Below the pieces are notes generated by a model. It was not told where the DNA came from. It did no database searches and saw only the letters and a program-made list of their open reading frames with translations. 64,000 nt of DNA from Candidatus Nanopelagicales bacterium (GTDB lineage Bacteria > Actinomycetota > Actinomycetes > S36-B12), in NCBI GenBank assembly GCA_030728405.1, contig JANQZS010000093.1:24263-88262 (forward strand), written 5' to 3'. Shown here piece by piece: positions 46,933-56,019 of this stretch. How positions within the stretch are numbered: the stretch's first letter is position 1; every line of letters starts with the position of its first letter. Both the position numbers and the translations under genes were made by a program.

Positions 46933-48083
46933 CGGGACTCGTCGTCCTTGCGAAAAATGGAGGAGATTCCTTGCTTGCGCGTAGCCCGCACCAACCGACC
47001 CGCGAGTTGGCGCGAGCTTGCTTCATCACGAGAGGCTGCGATCACCGATGCGAGTGCTTCGACCGCGGCCGCGATGGGCACCTCCGATGGTTCGGTTGCA
47101 ATTCCTGACGATGGCACACGAACGGCTAGCGCATTGAGGTTTCCGTAGACGTTCACACCAAGTGCACCAATAGTTTCAGCCGCCACAGCGCCCTGCTCTG
47201 CAGCAGCATCCAAAGCCCAGTCTGGTGTGACCAAGCGGGGCTCAGACAAATCCGGTTCGCGTCCCTCAACCATTCCCAACGCCACTCCGCGCCGCACCAA
47301 ACGCACGTAATCGTTCCACTGCATCTCGTTCTTTACCCGCGCATTGAGTTGCACCAAGAGTTCAGCTTCAGCGGCGGTCATGGATCGATTGCTGGTCAGG
47401 TCCATTCGCGAGGTCAACACCTCGGGTGGAACGCCCAGCAATTGCGCGAACGTCATGAACATGGCATCTCGCGGAACATCTTCAAGAACCAGCACGCTGA
47501 CATTCTCTGGCCCCACCGCAGCAGCCCACCGAGTCAGAACTGCGCCGTGATCGTGCCGCTTCCAGAAGGTTGGTGAAATACGTGCAGCGCCAGGGTTCGC
47601 GAAAACGTCCTCGAGCCATTTCTCATAGGGAGTGGTGAGACCGTACTTCAGGTATTGCTGCCACGATGAAGAAAGTAGTTTGCCCAAGTTGCGCAAGGTG
47701 ACCACCACCTGCACCCGCTCACCGCCCAGCCTCTCAACAATAGTGCAGGCGGTTTCTTCATCAGCTTCGCAGAAGAATTCACTGCTGATCACAACTCGAC
47801 CACTATGCGCATTGGCCCGCTTGGCCAGTTTGTCGAAGTGTTCGGTATCTAGGACCGCACCGCCCCGAGTGTTCCAACCCCACGGCCGACCGAGCACCGC
47901 GAGCGCTGCCCGGTGGTGGGCTTGCAATTTGCCGGGGTAACGAACACCGTCGGCCGCTAGATCGGTTCGGGCATCAGCCAAAGCCGCCTGAATAGCGGTG
48001 GTGCCGGTCTTGTGGACACCGATGTGCAGCAGCAGTCCATTGGGGGCAATCGCCGGTGCAGGAGTGAATCCGGCCTCAGACAT
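46929..48083 (-). CDS. Sulfotransferase-fold protein (putative PAPS-dependent)
   Basis: The 5'-PSB-like loop is HIGVHKTGTTAIQ. The 3'-PB-like segment is TLRNLGKLLSSSWQQ. No closer family assignment is possible by eye. Confidence 0.45.
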   Translation of the reverse strand: MSEAGFTPAPAIAPNGLLLHIGVHKTGTTAIQAALADARTDLAADGVRYPGKLQAHHRAALAVLGRPWGWNTRGGAVLDTEHFDKLAKRANAHSGRVVISSEFFCEADEETACTIVERLGGERVQVVVTLRNLGKLLSSSWQQYLKYGLTTPYEKWLEDVFANPGAARISPTFWKRHDHGAVLTRWAAAVGPENVSVLVLEDVPRDAMFMTFAQLLGVPPEVLTSRMDLTSNRSMTAAEAELLVQLNARVKNEMQWNDYVRLVRRGVALGMVEGREPDLSEPRLVTPDWALDAAAEQGAVAAETIGALGVNVYGNLNALAVRVPSSGIATEPSEVPIAAAVEALASVIAASRDEASSRQLAGRLVRATRKQGISSIFRKDDESR

Positions 48084-48088
48084 GCCCT

Positions 48089-48880
48089 CTACCCTAGGGG
48101 CGGCTCGTCGATTTTCCCTTGTGCGCGCGCCTCACGGAGCAGCTCGATCCCCTCATCCACACTGCCCGCAGCCTGAATCGAGCCATCGATAATCACAAGC
48201 GCACGATCACAAAACTCCCGGAGCGGCCGTGGGGCATCGGTTGCGACAAGGAAAGTAGTGCCTCGCTGCTTCAATTCGTACAGCTGCACCCAGCACTGTT
48301 CCTTGAATTCCCGCTCCCCCACGACCAACGCTCGATCAACCGCGTAGGCCCTGGCGTGGGTGGCCATCGCGATGGTCCATGCCATGCGCTGGCGGGTGAC
48401 TGCTGGAGCGGCACCGAGATATCGATCCATCAGCGAATCCACCCCGGCCTGCTCAGCGATCGAGGCCACCTGCGCGCCGATCTGATCAGGGGTCATTCCC
48501 AGCAGGCCGCCGAGTAAGTAAATGTTCTGCCGAATCGTGAACCTGCGATCCAAGGCCCGCGCGAGTTCAACCATCGGGATCACAGTGTCGCTGCGGCGCA
48601 CGTGGCCCTCATCGGGCATCAAAGTTCCAGCAGCCAACCGCAGTAATGCTTGGCGGGCCGGCAAGCCTCCACCGAGTACCGCAACCGATTCACCGGGCAG
48701 GACCGAAAACGATGCGCTGCGCAAAACCCAGACTTCTTCACGTCGGGAATCACCTGCCAGACGCCTGAGCCTTTGCCGTTTGCCCACACCCTTGCGACGT
48801 CGTCGTTTAGGTAGTGAAATTCCCACACCGGAAAACTCGATGGCCGCATCGAGTCCGCGCGTTAGCGATTGTCTCGCCAT
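48089..48880 (-). CDS. TagH-like ABC nucleotide-binding-domain homolog with degenerate catalytic motifs (pseudo-ATPase)
   Basis: It is collinear with B. subtilis TagH recalled from memory. GGGLPARQA stands in place of GxNGxGKST. AAPAV replaces the YSSGM signature. AYAVDR replaces ILIIDE. ATD replaces VSH. The gene lies next to a TagG-like permease. Confidence 0.7.
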   Translation of the reverse strand: MARQSLTRGLDAAIEFSGVGISLPKRRRRKGVGKRQRLRRLAGDSRREEVWVLRSASFSVLPGESVAVLGGGLPARQALLRLAAGTLMPDEGHVRRSDTVIPMVELARALDRRFTIRQNIYLLGGLLGMTPDQIGAQVASIAEQAGVDSLMDRYLGAAPAVTRQRMAWTIAMATHARAYAVDRALVVGEREFKEQCWVQLYELKQRGTTFLVATDAPRPLREFCDRALVIIDGSIQAAGSVDEGIELLREARAQGKIDEPPLG

Positions 48881-48881
48881 C

Positions 48882-49700
48882 TCACGCCTCCTTCAAAATG
48901 CGCGGTTCGATTCGACGGAAAACGACGACGCCAGCAATAAAGAGCACCACGGCAACAGTTATGGAAATTCCAAATGCAAGAACCGAGTTCACCTCTTCAG
49001 GCCAAAATCCCACCCGATACAGACCGAAAATTCCCACGAGCGGGTTGAGTTCGGCGAGCGTACGAAATTCTGCGGGGATATTCGATACCGAATACAACAC
49101 CGGTGAGAGATAGAACATCGCACGCAGCACGATCTTGACAATGCGCGCCAAATCAGGAATCACTACAGCACTTGCTGCAATTAACAGCGCCAGCCCATAC
49201 ATCAAGAAGAACTGCACAATGATCGCGACCGGGAACAACACGATGAGTGGTCCAGGCCAAAAGCCAGTCACTGCAATGGCAATCAGAATCACCGGGAGTG
49301 AAAAGATAAACTCCACCGTCGAGACCAACACCACCCGCAAAACCCACAATTGAGTGGGCAACAGACTTACCCGCAGTTGACCACCATTCTTGGCAAAAAC
49401 CTTGGTCGAGGCGTTAATCCCCTTGGAAAACCACCACCACGGCAAAATCGCGAGGGATAGGAAGAGTAGATACGGCTGCAGACCGAGGCCGCGGGGGCCC
49501 AACAGGATCGAGAAAACGAACCACAGGACCACCGACATGCCTAATGGCTCAAGGAGAGTCCAGAGGTAGCCCAGCCGAAACTTGGAATAGCGTCGCTGAA
49601 GGTCCCGTTGGACCAACATGCGGAGCACCTGACGGTGCTCCCAGATAGAACGCACGCGGTTTACGATAGGGCACCTACACTCATTGACCCCTGTTGCCAC
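48882..49700 (-). CDS. ABC-2 type polysaccharide/teichoic-acid export permease (TagG-like)
   Basis: The N-terminal motif is LVQRDLQRRYSKFRLGYLWTLLEP, followed by six hydrophobic segments. Confidence 0.8.
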   Translation of the reverse strand: MATGVNECRCPIVNRVRSIWEHRQVLRMLVQRDLQRRYSKFRLGYLWTLLEPLGMSVVLWFVFSILLGPRGLGLQPYLLFLSLAILPWWWFSKGINASTKVFAKNGGQLRVSLLPTQLWVLRVVLVSTVEFIFSLPVILIAIAVTGFWPGPLIVLFPVAIIVQFFLMYGLALLIAASAVVIPDLARIVKIVLRAMFYLSPVLYSVSNIPAEFRTLAELNPLVGIFGLYRVGFWPEEVNSVLAFGISITVAVVLFIAGVVVFRRIEPRILKEA

Positions 49701-49772
49701 GAACTCCGTGCAGCGAATACCGAAAGATCGGACCGCAACGTGCCCGCTAACACGCCTACGCGTGAGTCGTGG

Positions 49773-51050
49773 ATGGCGCGACGCTCGAAGTGGTTAGCCC
49801 GCGGTGTTGCGAACCGGCTTCGTGACTTTGGCGCGGCCGAAGCTGAGGGCTTTGAACTCAACGATGTGCCACAGGCGGATATCTGCCTTTACTTCGCTGA
49901 TCAGCCAAGCAAGCTCTACCAACTCACCCAGTGGTTGCCGATATTCGAGGCGCGCACCGATATCACCACCGTGATCGCGGTGCGTCATGTGGAAACCTAC
50001 GAGGCCCTCATTGGTACAACTCCGCTGAAGATCTTGCTGGTTCCTCGCTATGAAGTGCTGATGGCGATGTACGACCGCGCGAACTTTCACGCCGTCATTT
50101 ATGTCAATAACGGTTGGACGAATTTCCAATCGCTCGCATTCCAGCAGGCTGTTCACATCCATGTGAATCACGGTGAGTCCGACAAGATCTGCATGGTCAG
50201 CAATCAGGCCAAGGCCTACGACAAAGTATTTGTTGCAGGTGAAGCCGCCGTTCGTCGCCACCAAGCTGCCCTGGCGTGGTTTGACACCAGCCACCTGGTG
50301 CGCGTTGGTCGCCCGCAGCTTGATCTTGAGATTCCAAACCCATTAAGCGCTCATGATGGTCCGACCATCACGTACGCCCCCACCTGGGAAGGCGAGGACG
50401 ACGCCAACAACTACACCTCCCTCGATCTCTATGGTGTCTCGATCATCACCGCAGCCCTGGCCCAGCCAGGTGCCCGCGTGATCTACAAGCCCCATCCCCG
50501 TGTTCCCTCCTCCGATGATGCCGGCGTGCGGGCCGCTCACACTGAAATTGTGCGCATGATCAAGGCAGCTACCGCAGCAAATCCTCAGGCAGGTCACGCG
50601 GTGATGATCAAAGGAAACGTTCTCGGCGTGATTAGAGGAACTGACGTCATGATCGCCGATGTTTCAAGTGTCACGCTCGATCATTTGTACCTGCGCCCGG
50701 ATGCCCCCATCGTGCTGTGTGATCGCCGCACCGAACGCGATCTGCTGCTCACCGATGCGCCCCTTGCTGCTGCTGTTCACGTTCTTGACAACAACAACGT
50801 GGCAACCCTTCGCACTGATCTTGCACAGCTCATCGCGCACGATTCCACCCGCGATCAACGGCACGCAATGCGCGACTTCTACTTCGATGGCATCGCCCCT
50901 GGTGCCAGCACGGAGCGCTTCTGGAAAGCACTCGACACCGCCATGCACGAACACGATGCAGCGATTGGCAACCTGAGCCGCATCCGCGTAGTGCAAGACC
51001 TGAATGATCCCAACCAGACCAGCGAGCAGCAGCCGAAGGAGCACGCATGA
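49773..51050 (+). CDS. CDP-glycerol glycerophosphotransferase (TagB/TagF) family protein
   Basis: Family motifs ITYAPTWEG and VIYKPHPRV are present. I chose the start at MARRSKW (49773) because the listed ORF start overlaps the divergent permease gene. Confidence 0.7.
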   Translation: MARRSKWLARGVANRLRDFGAAEAEGFELNDVPQADICLYFADQPSKLYQLTQWLPIFEARTDITTVIAVRHVETYEALIGTTPLKILLVPRYEVLMAMYDRANFHAVIYVNNGWTNFQSLAFQQAVHIHVNHGESDKICMVSNQAKAYDKVFVAGEAAVRRHQAALAWFDTSHLVRVGRPQLDLEIPNPLSAHDGPTITYAPTWEGEDDANNYTSLDLYGVSIITAALAQPGARVIYKPHPRVPSSDDAGVRAAHTEIVRMIKAATAANPQAGHAVMIKGNVLGVIRGTDVMIADVSSVTLDHLYLRPDAPIVLCDRRTERDLLLTDAPLAAAVHVLDNNNVATLRTDLAQLIAHDSTRDQRHAMRDFYFDGIAPGASTERFWKALDTAMHEHDAAIGNLSRIRVVQDLNDPNQTSEQQPKEHA

Positions 51051-51739
51051 GCGTCAATGCCGTCATTCTCGCCGCCGGAATGGGCACCCGCCTTGGTAAG
51101 CCATGGCCAAAGCCGTTGACCCCACTCGCTGATGGGCGCACCATCATGGCCCAGCAGATGGACAACATGCAGACCACATTTGGCTCCGACCTGCGCGTCA
51201 CCACAGTTGTCGGCTTCAAACTTGAGCTGATCCTCGAGGCTTTCCCCAACGTTTCCTACGTATACAACGAGGCATACGACCAAACGAACACCAACAGGTC
51301 ACTGCTCAAAGCTCTCCAACTATCGGGAGATGGCGGCGTGCTCTGGATGAACGGCGACGTAGTGTTTGACCCCGCCCTTCTCGAACGAGTGCGCCCCCTC
51401 ATGGAAGCCAATCAATCATTCATCTGCGTCAACACTGCTGTTGTTGGCGACGAAGAAGTGAAATACACGGTCGACGCTGATGGAAACGTCGCCCTGCTTT
51501 CCAAGCAGGTTGAGAACGCACTCGGCGAGGCCGTCGGTATCAACTACGTCGCATCACAAGACAAGGAAACCTTGATCACTTGGCTCGCTGCCTGCGCAGA
51601 CTCCGATTACTTTGAGCGCGGCATTGAGCTCGCCATCGACAACGCTGGGCTCGCAGTTACCCCTGTAGACATCTCCGACCTATTCGCCGTGGAAGTTGAC
51701 TTCGAAGAGGACCTCTCGCGCGCAAACGCACACCTGTAA
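51047..51739 (+). CDS. Sugar/alcohol-phosphate nucleotidyltransferase (LicC / cytidylyltransferase-like)
   Basis: The N-terminal loop is AVILAAGMGTRLGKPWPKPL. 230 aa. The gene is translationally coupled (ATGA) to the TagF-like gene. Confidence 0.65.
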   Translation: MSVNAVILAAGMGTRLGKPWPKPLTPLADGRTIMAQQMDNMQTTFGSDLRVTTVVGFKLELILEAFPNVSYVYNEAYDQTNTNRSLLKALQLSGDGGVLWMNGDVVFDPALLERVRPLMEANQSFICVNTAVVGDEEVKYTVDADGNVALLSKQVENALGEAVGINYVASQDKETLITWLAACADSDYFERGIELAIDNAGLAVTPVDISDLFAVEVDFEEDLSRANAHL

Positions 51740-51760
51740 GCCGACCACTGTCGAAGTTCG

Positions 51761-51817
51761 AGCCTCAAATGGCGGTTCCGGGGTGACTTTTCCGCTGTTT
51801 CACCGTCATTTGAAGCT
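51761..51817. terminator. Long imperfect inverted repeat between convergent operons, a candidate bidirectional terminator
   Basis: AGCcTCAAATGGCGGT (51761-51776) pairs with ACCGTCATTTGAaGCT (51802-51817). That gives 15 paired positions, including one G-T, plus one mismatch, with a 25-nt loop. There is no U-tract. Confidence 0.4.
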
Positions 51818-51832
51818 CCAACCTCGATGGTG

Positions 51833-51875
51833 GCGGGTGGGCTTAGCGGGTGGGCTCAGCGGGTGGGCTCAGCGG
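51833..51875. repeat. 13-bp direct tandem repeat, 3.3 copies
   Basis: The copies read GCGGGTGGGCTTA, GCGGGTGGGCTCA, GCGGGTGGGCTCA, then GCGG. The TCA of the third copy (51869-51871) is the TGA stop of the minus-strand GT4 gene. Confidence 0.9.
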
Positions 51876-52975
51876 TCGATGCGAGCAAATAATCGCTCCC
51901 ACTGATCAACCACGCGATCCAGTGTGAATTTCTGAGCGCGTTCGCGAGCATTCCTGGCCAATTGCTCTCGACGCGCCTCGTCTTCGATCAGGAAGCGGAT
52001 CGCTGACGCTAACTCGGGAACATCACCGCGGGGCACTAGTTCAACTGCAGGAGAGCTCTCATCACCAGCAAGAAGTCGAACCCCACTTGAGCAATCCGTT
52101 GCCACCGACGGCAGTCCACTAGCCATGGCTTCCATGAGAGCGAGCGGCAGCCCTTCTGTTCGAGATGGCAGAACAAAAACTCCCAACTCGGAGAAGATCG
52201 ACGAAACATCAGCAACGGGTGCCATCATGCGCACTCCACGCAAAGCCGCCGCGCGTTCGCGGATGTGGGCCTCGTCTGGCCCGCTACCCACCAAGAGCAA
52301 TTCCCAGGTGGGTACTTCGTCAACAATCAATGACCACGCTTCAAGTAGCTCCTGCACACCCTTTTCTTCGGAGAACCGGCTGATGCAGCCCACCGTTCGA
52401 GAAGTCGCTGCAACGGGATGTTCTGGCCACCAGGCAAGTGGGTTGGGAAGGGCCACGGTGTTGTTGAGCCCGGCCTGCTGCCACGCCTGCGCATCAGATG
52501 GAGTGAGGAACACCGACGCATCGCATGGCGCATAGGTATCGAGAACCCTGCGTAGGTCACGTCCTTGGGCTGCTGCTGCGAAAGCGCCGTGGTACTGGCC
52601 CACCGTGCGCCATCCGGTCACGTCAATCCCTGATGCAATTTCCATGGCCCACACTTGAGCCGTGATGAGCACGCCCGTCGGTCCACTCCCGAGGGCATCA
52701 GCAAGCTTTGCGCGCGCTTCAGTGCGTAAACGGCTACGCAGCCCTTTCACTGATGCATTCGAATCCCCCGCCGGCCACACCTCACTCATCAAAACTCGAC
52801 GGCGATAGGCAGGTGCCTCGTGGTACTCGTGGATAGGGGGTTGCGGGGTGACGCCTATCAACTCAACGTCAAAGCCACGCTCCGCAAAACCTTGAGCCAG
52901 TACGTGCACCACCCGCTGGGCGCCGCCAACCTCATCAATGTTGTTGGCCATCAACACGATCCGCTGATGACTCAT
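51869..52975 (-). CDS. Glycosyltransferase family 4 (GT-B fold)
   Basis: The N-terminal part reads VGGAQRVVHVLAQGFAERG. The C-terminal part reads PSRTEGLPLALMEAMASGLPSVATD. Confidence 0.85.
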   Translation of the reverse strand: MSHQRIVLMANNIDEVGGAQRVVHVLAQGFAERGFDVELIGVTPQPPIHEYHEAPAYRRRVLMSEVWPAGDSNASVKGLRSRLRTEARAKLADALGSGPTGVLITAQVWAMEIASGIDVTGWRTVGQYHGAFAAAAQGRDLRRVLDTYAPCDASVFLTPSDAQAWQQAGLNNTVALPNPLAWWPEHPVAATSRTVGCISRFSEEKGVQELLEAWSLIVDEVPTWELLLVGSGPDEAHIRERAAALRGVRMMAPVADVSSIFSELGVFVLPSRTEGLPLALMEAMASGLPSVATDCSSGVRLLAGDESSPAVELVPRGDVPELASAIRFLIEDEARREQLARNARERAQKFTLDRVVDQWERLFARIDR

Positions 52976-55041
52976 GGGCTCTGGACCTGTCCAAAGAGAA
53001 CTGATTCAGCCTGGGCAACCAATTGCTCCAAGGTGTTGGCGTACTCCATTGCATCAATGGGATCAAGACCGTACTCAAGTGCGCCGCGCTCCGGTCGAAA
53101 CTTCAGGACTGGGATTTTGTGGGCATGAGCCCGATTGAGAGCGTCCGTGGCATCACCGCACACCAGCGCAATTGCATCTTGGCCTGTGATGAGTTCGTCG
53201 AATTGGTCGACCGAAATGGATCGCACACAACCCCGCATTCGGGTCGGCACCGCGATCGGATCAGCAAAGTTCGGATCAGCAGAATTCTGCACCACCAATA
53301 GATAGGTCCGATCCCCCAAGCCTTTAATCCATGCGGAGAGTTCAACACTCGTCGATGAAGCAGGGCCAAGGCCACGGCGTGGTTCCATTGCCAGCACTAC
53401 AGCTAAGCGATCAGCGGGGAGTTCCACGCGCTCTGGCGATTGCTGGGTGTGGTGGGATCGGGCGCGAAGTCTCCGGAATGCTGAGCCCAAGGAACGGGTC
53501 CGCCCGGATGCATGCCACGTGACTCCAGCTCGATCAGCGGGGGCAAAATCAATGGCTTCAGATCCGCCCCAGATCTCATCAACATGGCCAACCTGAACGC
53601 CGACAGGCGAGAGCGCTCGAACAGCAGTCAAGTTCTCGATGCCGTTGAGTGTTATCGCTATGCCGACCCAACCACCAAGTTCCGAACGCAACACATGATT
53701 GCTGCTCAAGTGTCCAGAACCACGCCAGGTGATCACCCCAGCTGACTCGGACACCCGCCTCAACTGCAATTCCCACCGCCGACCTTTGGAGGCAGAGAGG
53801 ACCACAGTTGCCTCGTTCACACTTTCGAGATCACTAGCAAAATCCACAGTTGTGATTTCGGTGTCGATTCCGGCTGAAGTTGGCTCCATCCGCTGGACCA
53901 CGTGCAGGTAGCGGCGTTGAGAGAAAGGAATACCCAGCAATTGCATCGAGGTCACATCAAGCCAGTAGCGCGATGACCTGTGCATCAGCTCCGTCTCATC
54001 TGGCGCCCGCCAGAATGTGCGACCTGCTTCTCGCACCAAAACGGAATCAACCACGCTCGCCCAGTTTTCATATCGCATCGCCGAACGCAAGAGGTTGAGG
54101 TCATCAGTGAGCAGCCCGTACATCGCAACGCGCACCAAAGGGCGCAATGCATCGAATGATTCCACCGATTGCTCTGCAATGTAGGGCACCAAGAGCCCCA
54201 TCAGCTCTCGAGCGGTCTGCTCATCCGCGCTGGCGATGGTACTCAAGTACAAATAGGCCTCGTGCCGAAGAAACTTTTCTTCTTTCGCTTCCTTGATCGC
54301 ACTATTGCTGCCGATCAATTCATCCATCAAGCGATTCACGGTGAGGCGATCCTCTAGATTTCTGCGCTCATGGCGACTCTGGGTAATTGATGCACTCGCC
54401 TTAGTGACGTACCAGTAATACACGTCTTCCGGGATCACGCCGATGATCCTGGCCCGCAAGAAACATTGAAGGGTGAACGGTTGGTCCTCGAAAAGCACGC
54501 CCTCGGGGAATCGAATCGAGTTGCTATTGAGAAAATCGCGCCGGTAGATCTTGTTTACGGCGATGGTGTCATAAAGCAGATCAGTGCAGTCATTGAGTGA
54601 ATTGACGACCAATCGTTTGCTATGCAACTCCGGGCGCCAGCGCACCCGTTCACCCTTTTCACCAACCACCCGGACAGCAGTGCCGCACACCAGATCGGCA
54701 CCCCATTCCTCTGCTGCACTCAGCAGATTCATGCACGCATGTTTCTCATATTCATCATCAGAGTCTGCGAACATGACGTATGAGCCACGGGCTGCATCGA
54801 GGCCGGCGTTGCGCGGGGCGCTGCAGCCTCCAGAGTTGCGGGGCAATCGGATCGACTTAACCCGAGAATCCCGCTGGCACACTTCAGAAATAACCTCAGC
54901 AGTGGAATCTGTAGAGGCATCATCAACAATGATCAACTCCAGATCGTGCAGAGTTTGACCAAGAATTGATTCGATAGCTCGCGGGAGTCTCGCAGCATCG
55001 TTATAGCCGATCAGGATCACAGTGACTAGCGGATCGCTCAT
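52972..55041 (-). CDS. Glycosyltransferase family 2 with a ~400-aa C-terminal domain of unknown function
   Basis: The GT2 core reads VTVILIGYNDAARLPRAIESILGQT...IIVDDASTD...FADSDD. I could not assign the C-terminal half. Confidence 0.75.
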   Translation of the reverse strand: MSDPLVTVILIGYNDAARLPRAIESILGQTLHDLELIIVDDASTDSTAEVISEVCQRDSRVKSIRLPRNSGGCSAPRNAGLDAARGSYVMFADSDDEYEKHACMNLLSAAEEWGADLVCGTAVRVVGEKGERVRWRPELHSKRLVVNSLNDCTDLLYDTIAVNKIYRRDFLNSNSIRFPEGVLFEDQPFTLQCFLRARIIGVIPEDVYYWYVTKASASITQSRHERRNLEDRLTVNRLMDELIGSNSAIKEAKEEKFLRHEAYLYLSTIASADEQTARELMGLLVPYIAEQSVESFDALRPLVRVAMYGLLTDDLNLLRSAMRYENWASVVDSVLVREAGRTFWRAPDETELMHRSSRYWLDVTSMQLLGIPFSQRRYLHVVQRMEPTSAGIDTEITTVDFASDLESVNEATVVLSASKGRRWELQLRRVSESAGVITWRGSGHLSSNHVLRSELGGWVGIAITLNGIENLTAVRALSPVGVQVGHVDEIWGGSEAIDFAPADRAGVTWHASGRTRSLGSAFRRLRARSHHTQQSPERVELPADRLAVVLAMEPRRGLGPASSTSVELSAWIKGLGDRTYLLVVQNSADPNFADPIAVPTRMRGCVRSISVDQFDELITGQDAIALVCGDATDALNRAHAHKIPVLKFRPERGALEYGLDPIDAMEYANTLEQLVAQAESVLFGQVQSP

Positions 55042-56015
55042 CGTGAATTCCGAAGTTCGAGTGCCCGATTGATTAACACTTCTGCACGAGCATCAAAACT
55101 GTTTTCGCGAGCCACCCGTGCTGCCGCAATCAAACGATGAGCCCGATCAGGAAATACTTCGTCGCGATCAGAGTTCAGGATTTTTGCGAGATCAGCTACG
55201 TTCGCATACGTGACCACCGCATCACCAAATACCTCGGAAAGTCCTGCAGCTTCATCCGAAAGCACCCGTGCCCCACTTGCCACCGCATCAAAGAGTCGAT
55301 TGGACAAGAACCCTTCAGTGGCCATGTCTGGCCAGTGATCGTTAAGAACCACACCAGCGCTGGCGTAGGCAGCCGGCAACTCGGGATTGGGCAGGAACTC
55401 CCCGCAGATCACTTCCTCAGGAATAAGCCCCGACCAACCCACACCAAACACACTGAGGTTCACCCCGGAAGCTAGGGCATCGCGCACAACCGGACGAAAC
55501 TCACCACGAGTGGAACCAACAAAAAGCACATCGAAACCGGTATCGGGGGCAGCTGCATCGGGGTTGAATCGACGCGGATTGGTGGCCTGCAATAGCGGCG
55601 TGATTGGCACCCCGAACTCACCACTTGCAGCCCGACTCCAACTGTTACTCGCTGCAAAGTTCGCATCGAAGGTGGCGGGCTCATCTGCCCCGACCAATTC
55701 AGGATGCGAAATCACCCACTGCATCCACACTGGTCCAGGAGAGTTCGGGGTCTTCGGGACGTCGCGCGGATCAACTCGGCGCAACCCGCGCAGCGCGAGT
55801 ACCACGTCGTCTTCAGCACGCTTGGCACTCGTAGCGCCGCCGCGGAACACCACGCTCGCTTCTTGGCCCTGCCGTTGCAGTGCATCAACAAGATCGCGCG
55901 CGAACCAGGTGTCGCCCCATTGATCTCCCGCTTCACCCTTGGGAGATGCGACCACCACGGACCAGCGCAGGGCTCGTTCTCGCCCAGCACCGGTCAGTTT
56001 GGAAAGCAGGCCCAC
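55038..56015 (-). CDS. Glycosyltransferase with a CgeB-like / Glyco_trans_1_2-type C-terminal domain
   Basis: The sequence reads DVLFVGSTRGEFRPVV...GFLSNRLFDAVASGARVLSD. I chose the GTG at 56015, 4 nt after the upstream stop. The listed longer ORF overlaps the upstream gene. Confidence 0.55.
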   Translation of the reverse strand: MGLLSKLTGAGRERALRWSVVVASPKGEAGDQWGDTWFARDLVDALQRQGQEASVVFRGGATSAKRAEDDVVLALRGLRRVDPRDVPKTPNSPGPVWMQWVISHPELVGADEPATFDANFAASNSWSRAASGEFGVPITPLLQATNPRRFNPDAAAPDTGFDVLFVGSTRGEFRPVVRDALASGVNLSVFGVGWSGLIPEEVICGEFLPNPELPAAYASAGVVLNDHWPDMATEGFLSNRLFDAVASGARVLSDEAAGLSEVFGDAVVTYANVADLAKILNSDRDEVFPDRAHRLIAAARVARENSFDARAEVLINRALELRNSR

Positions 56016-56019
56016 GTGA

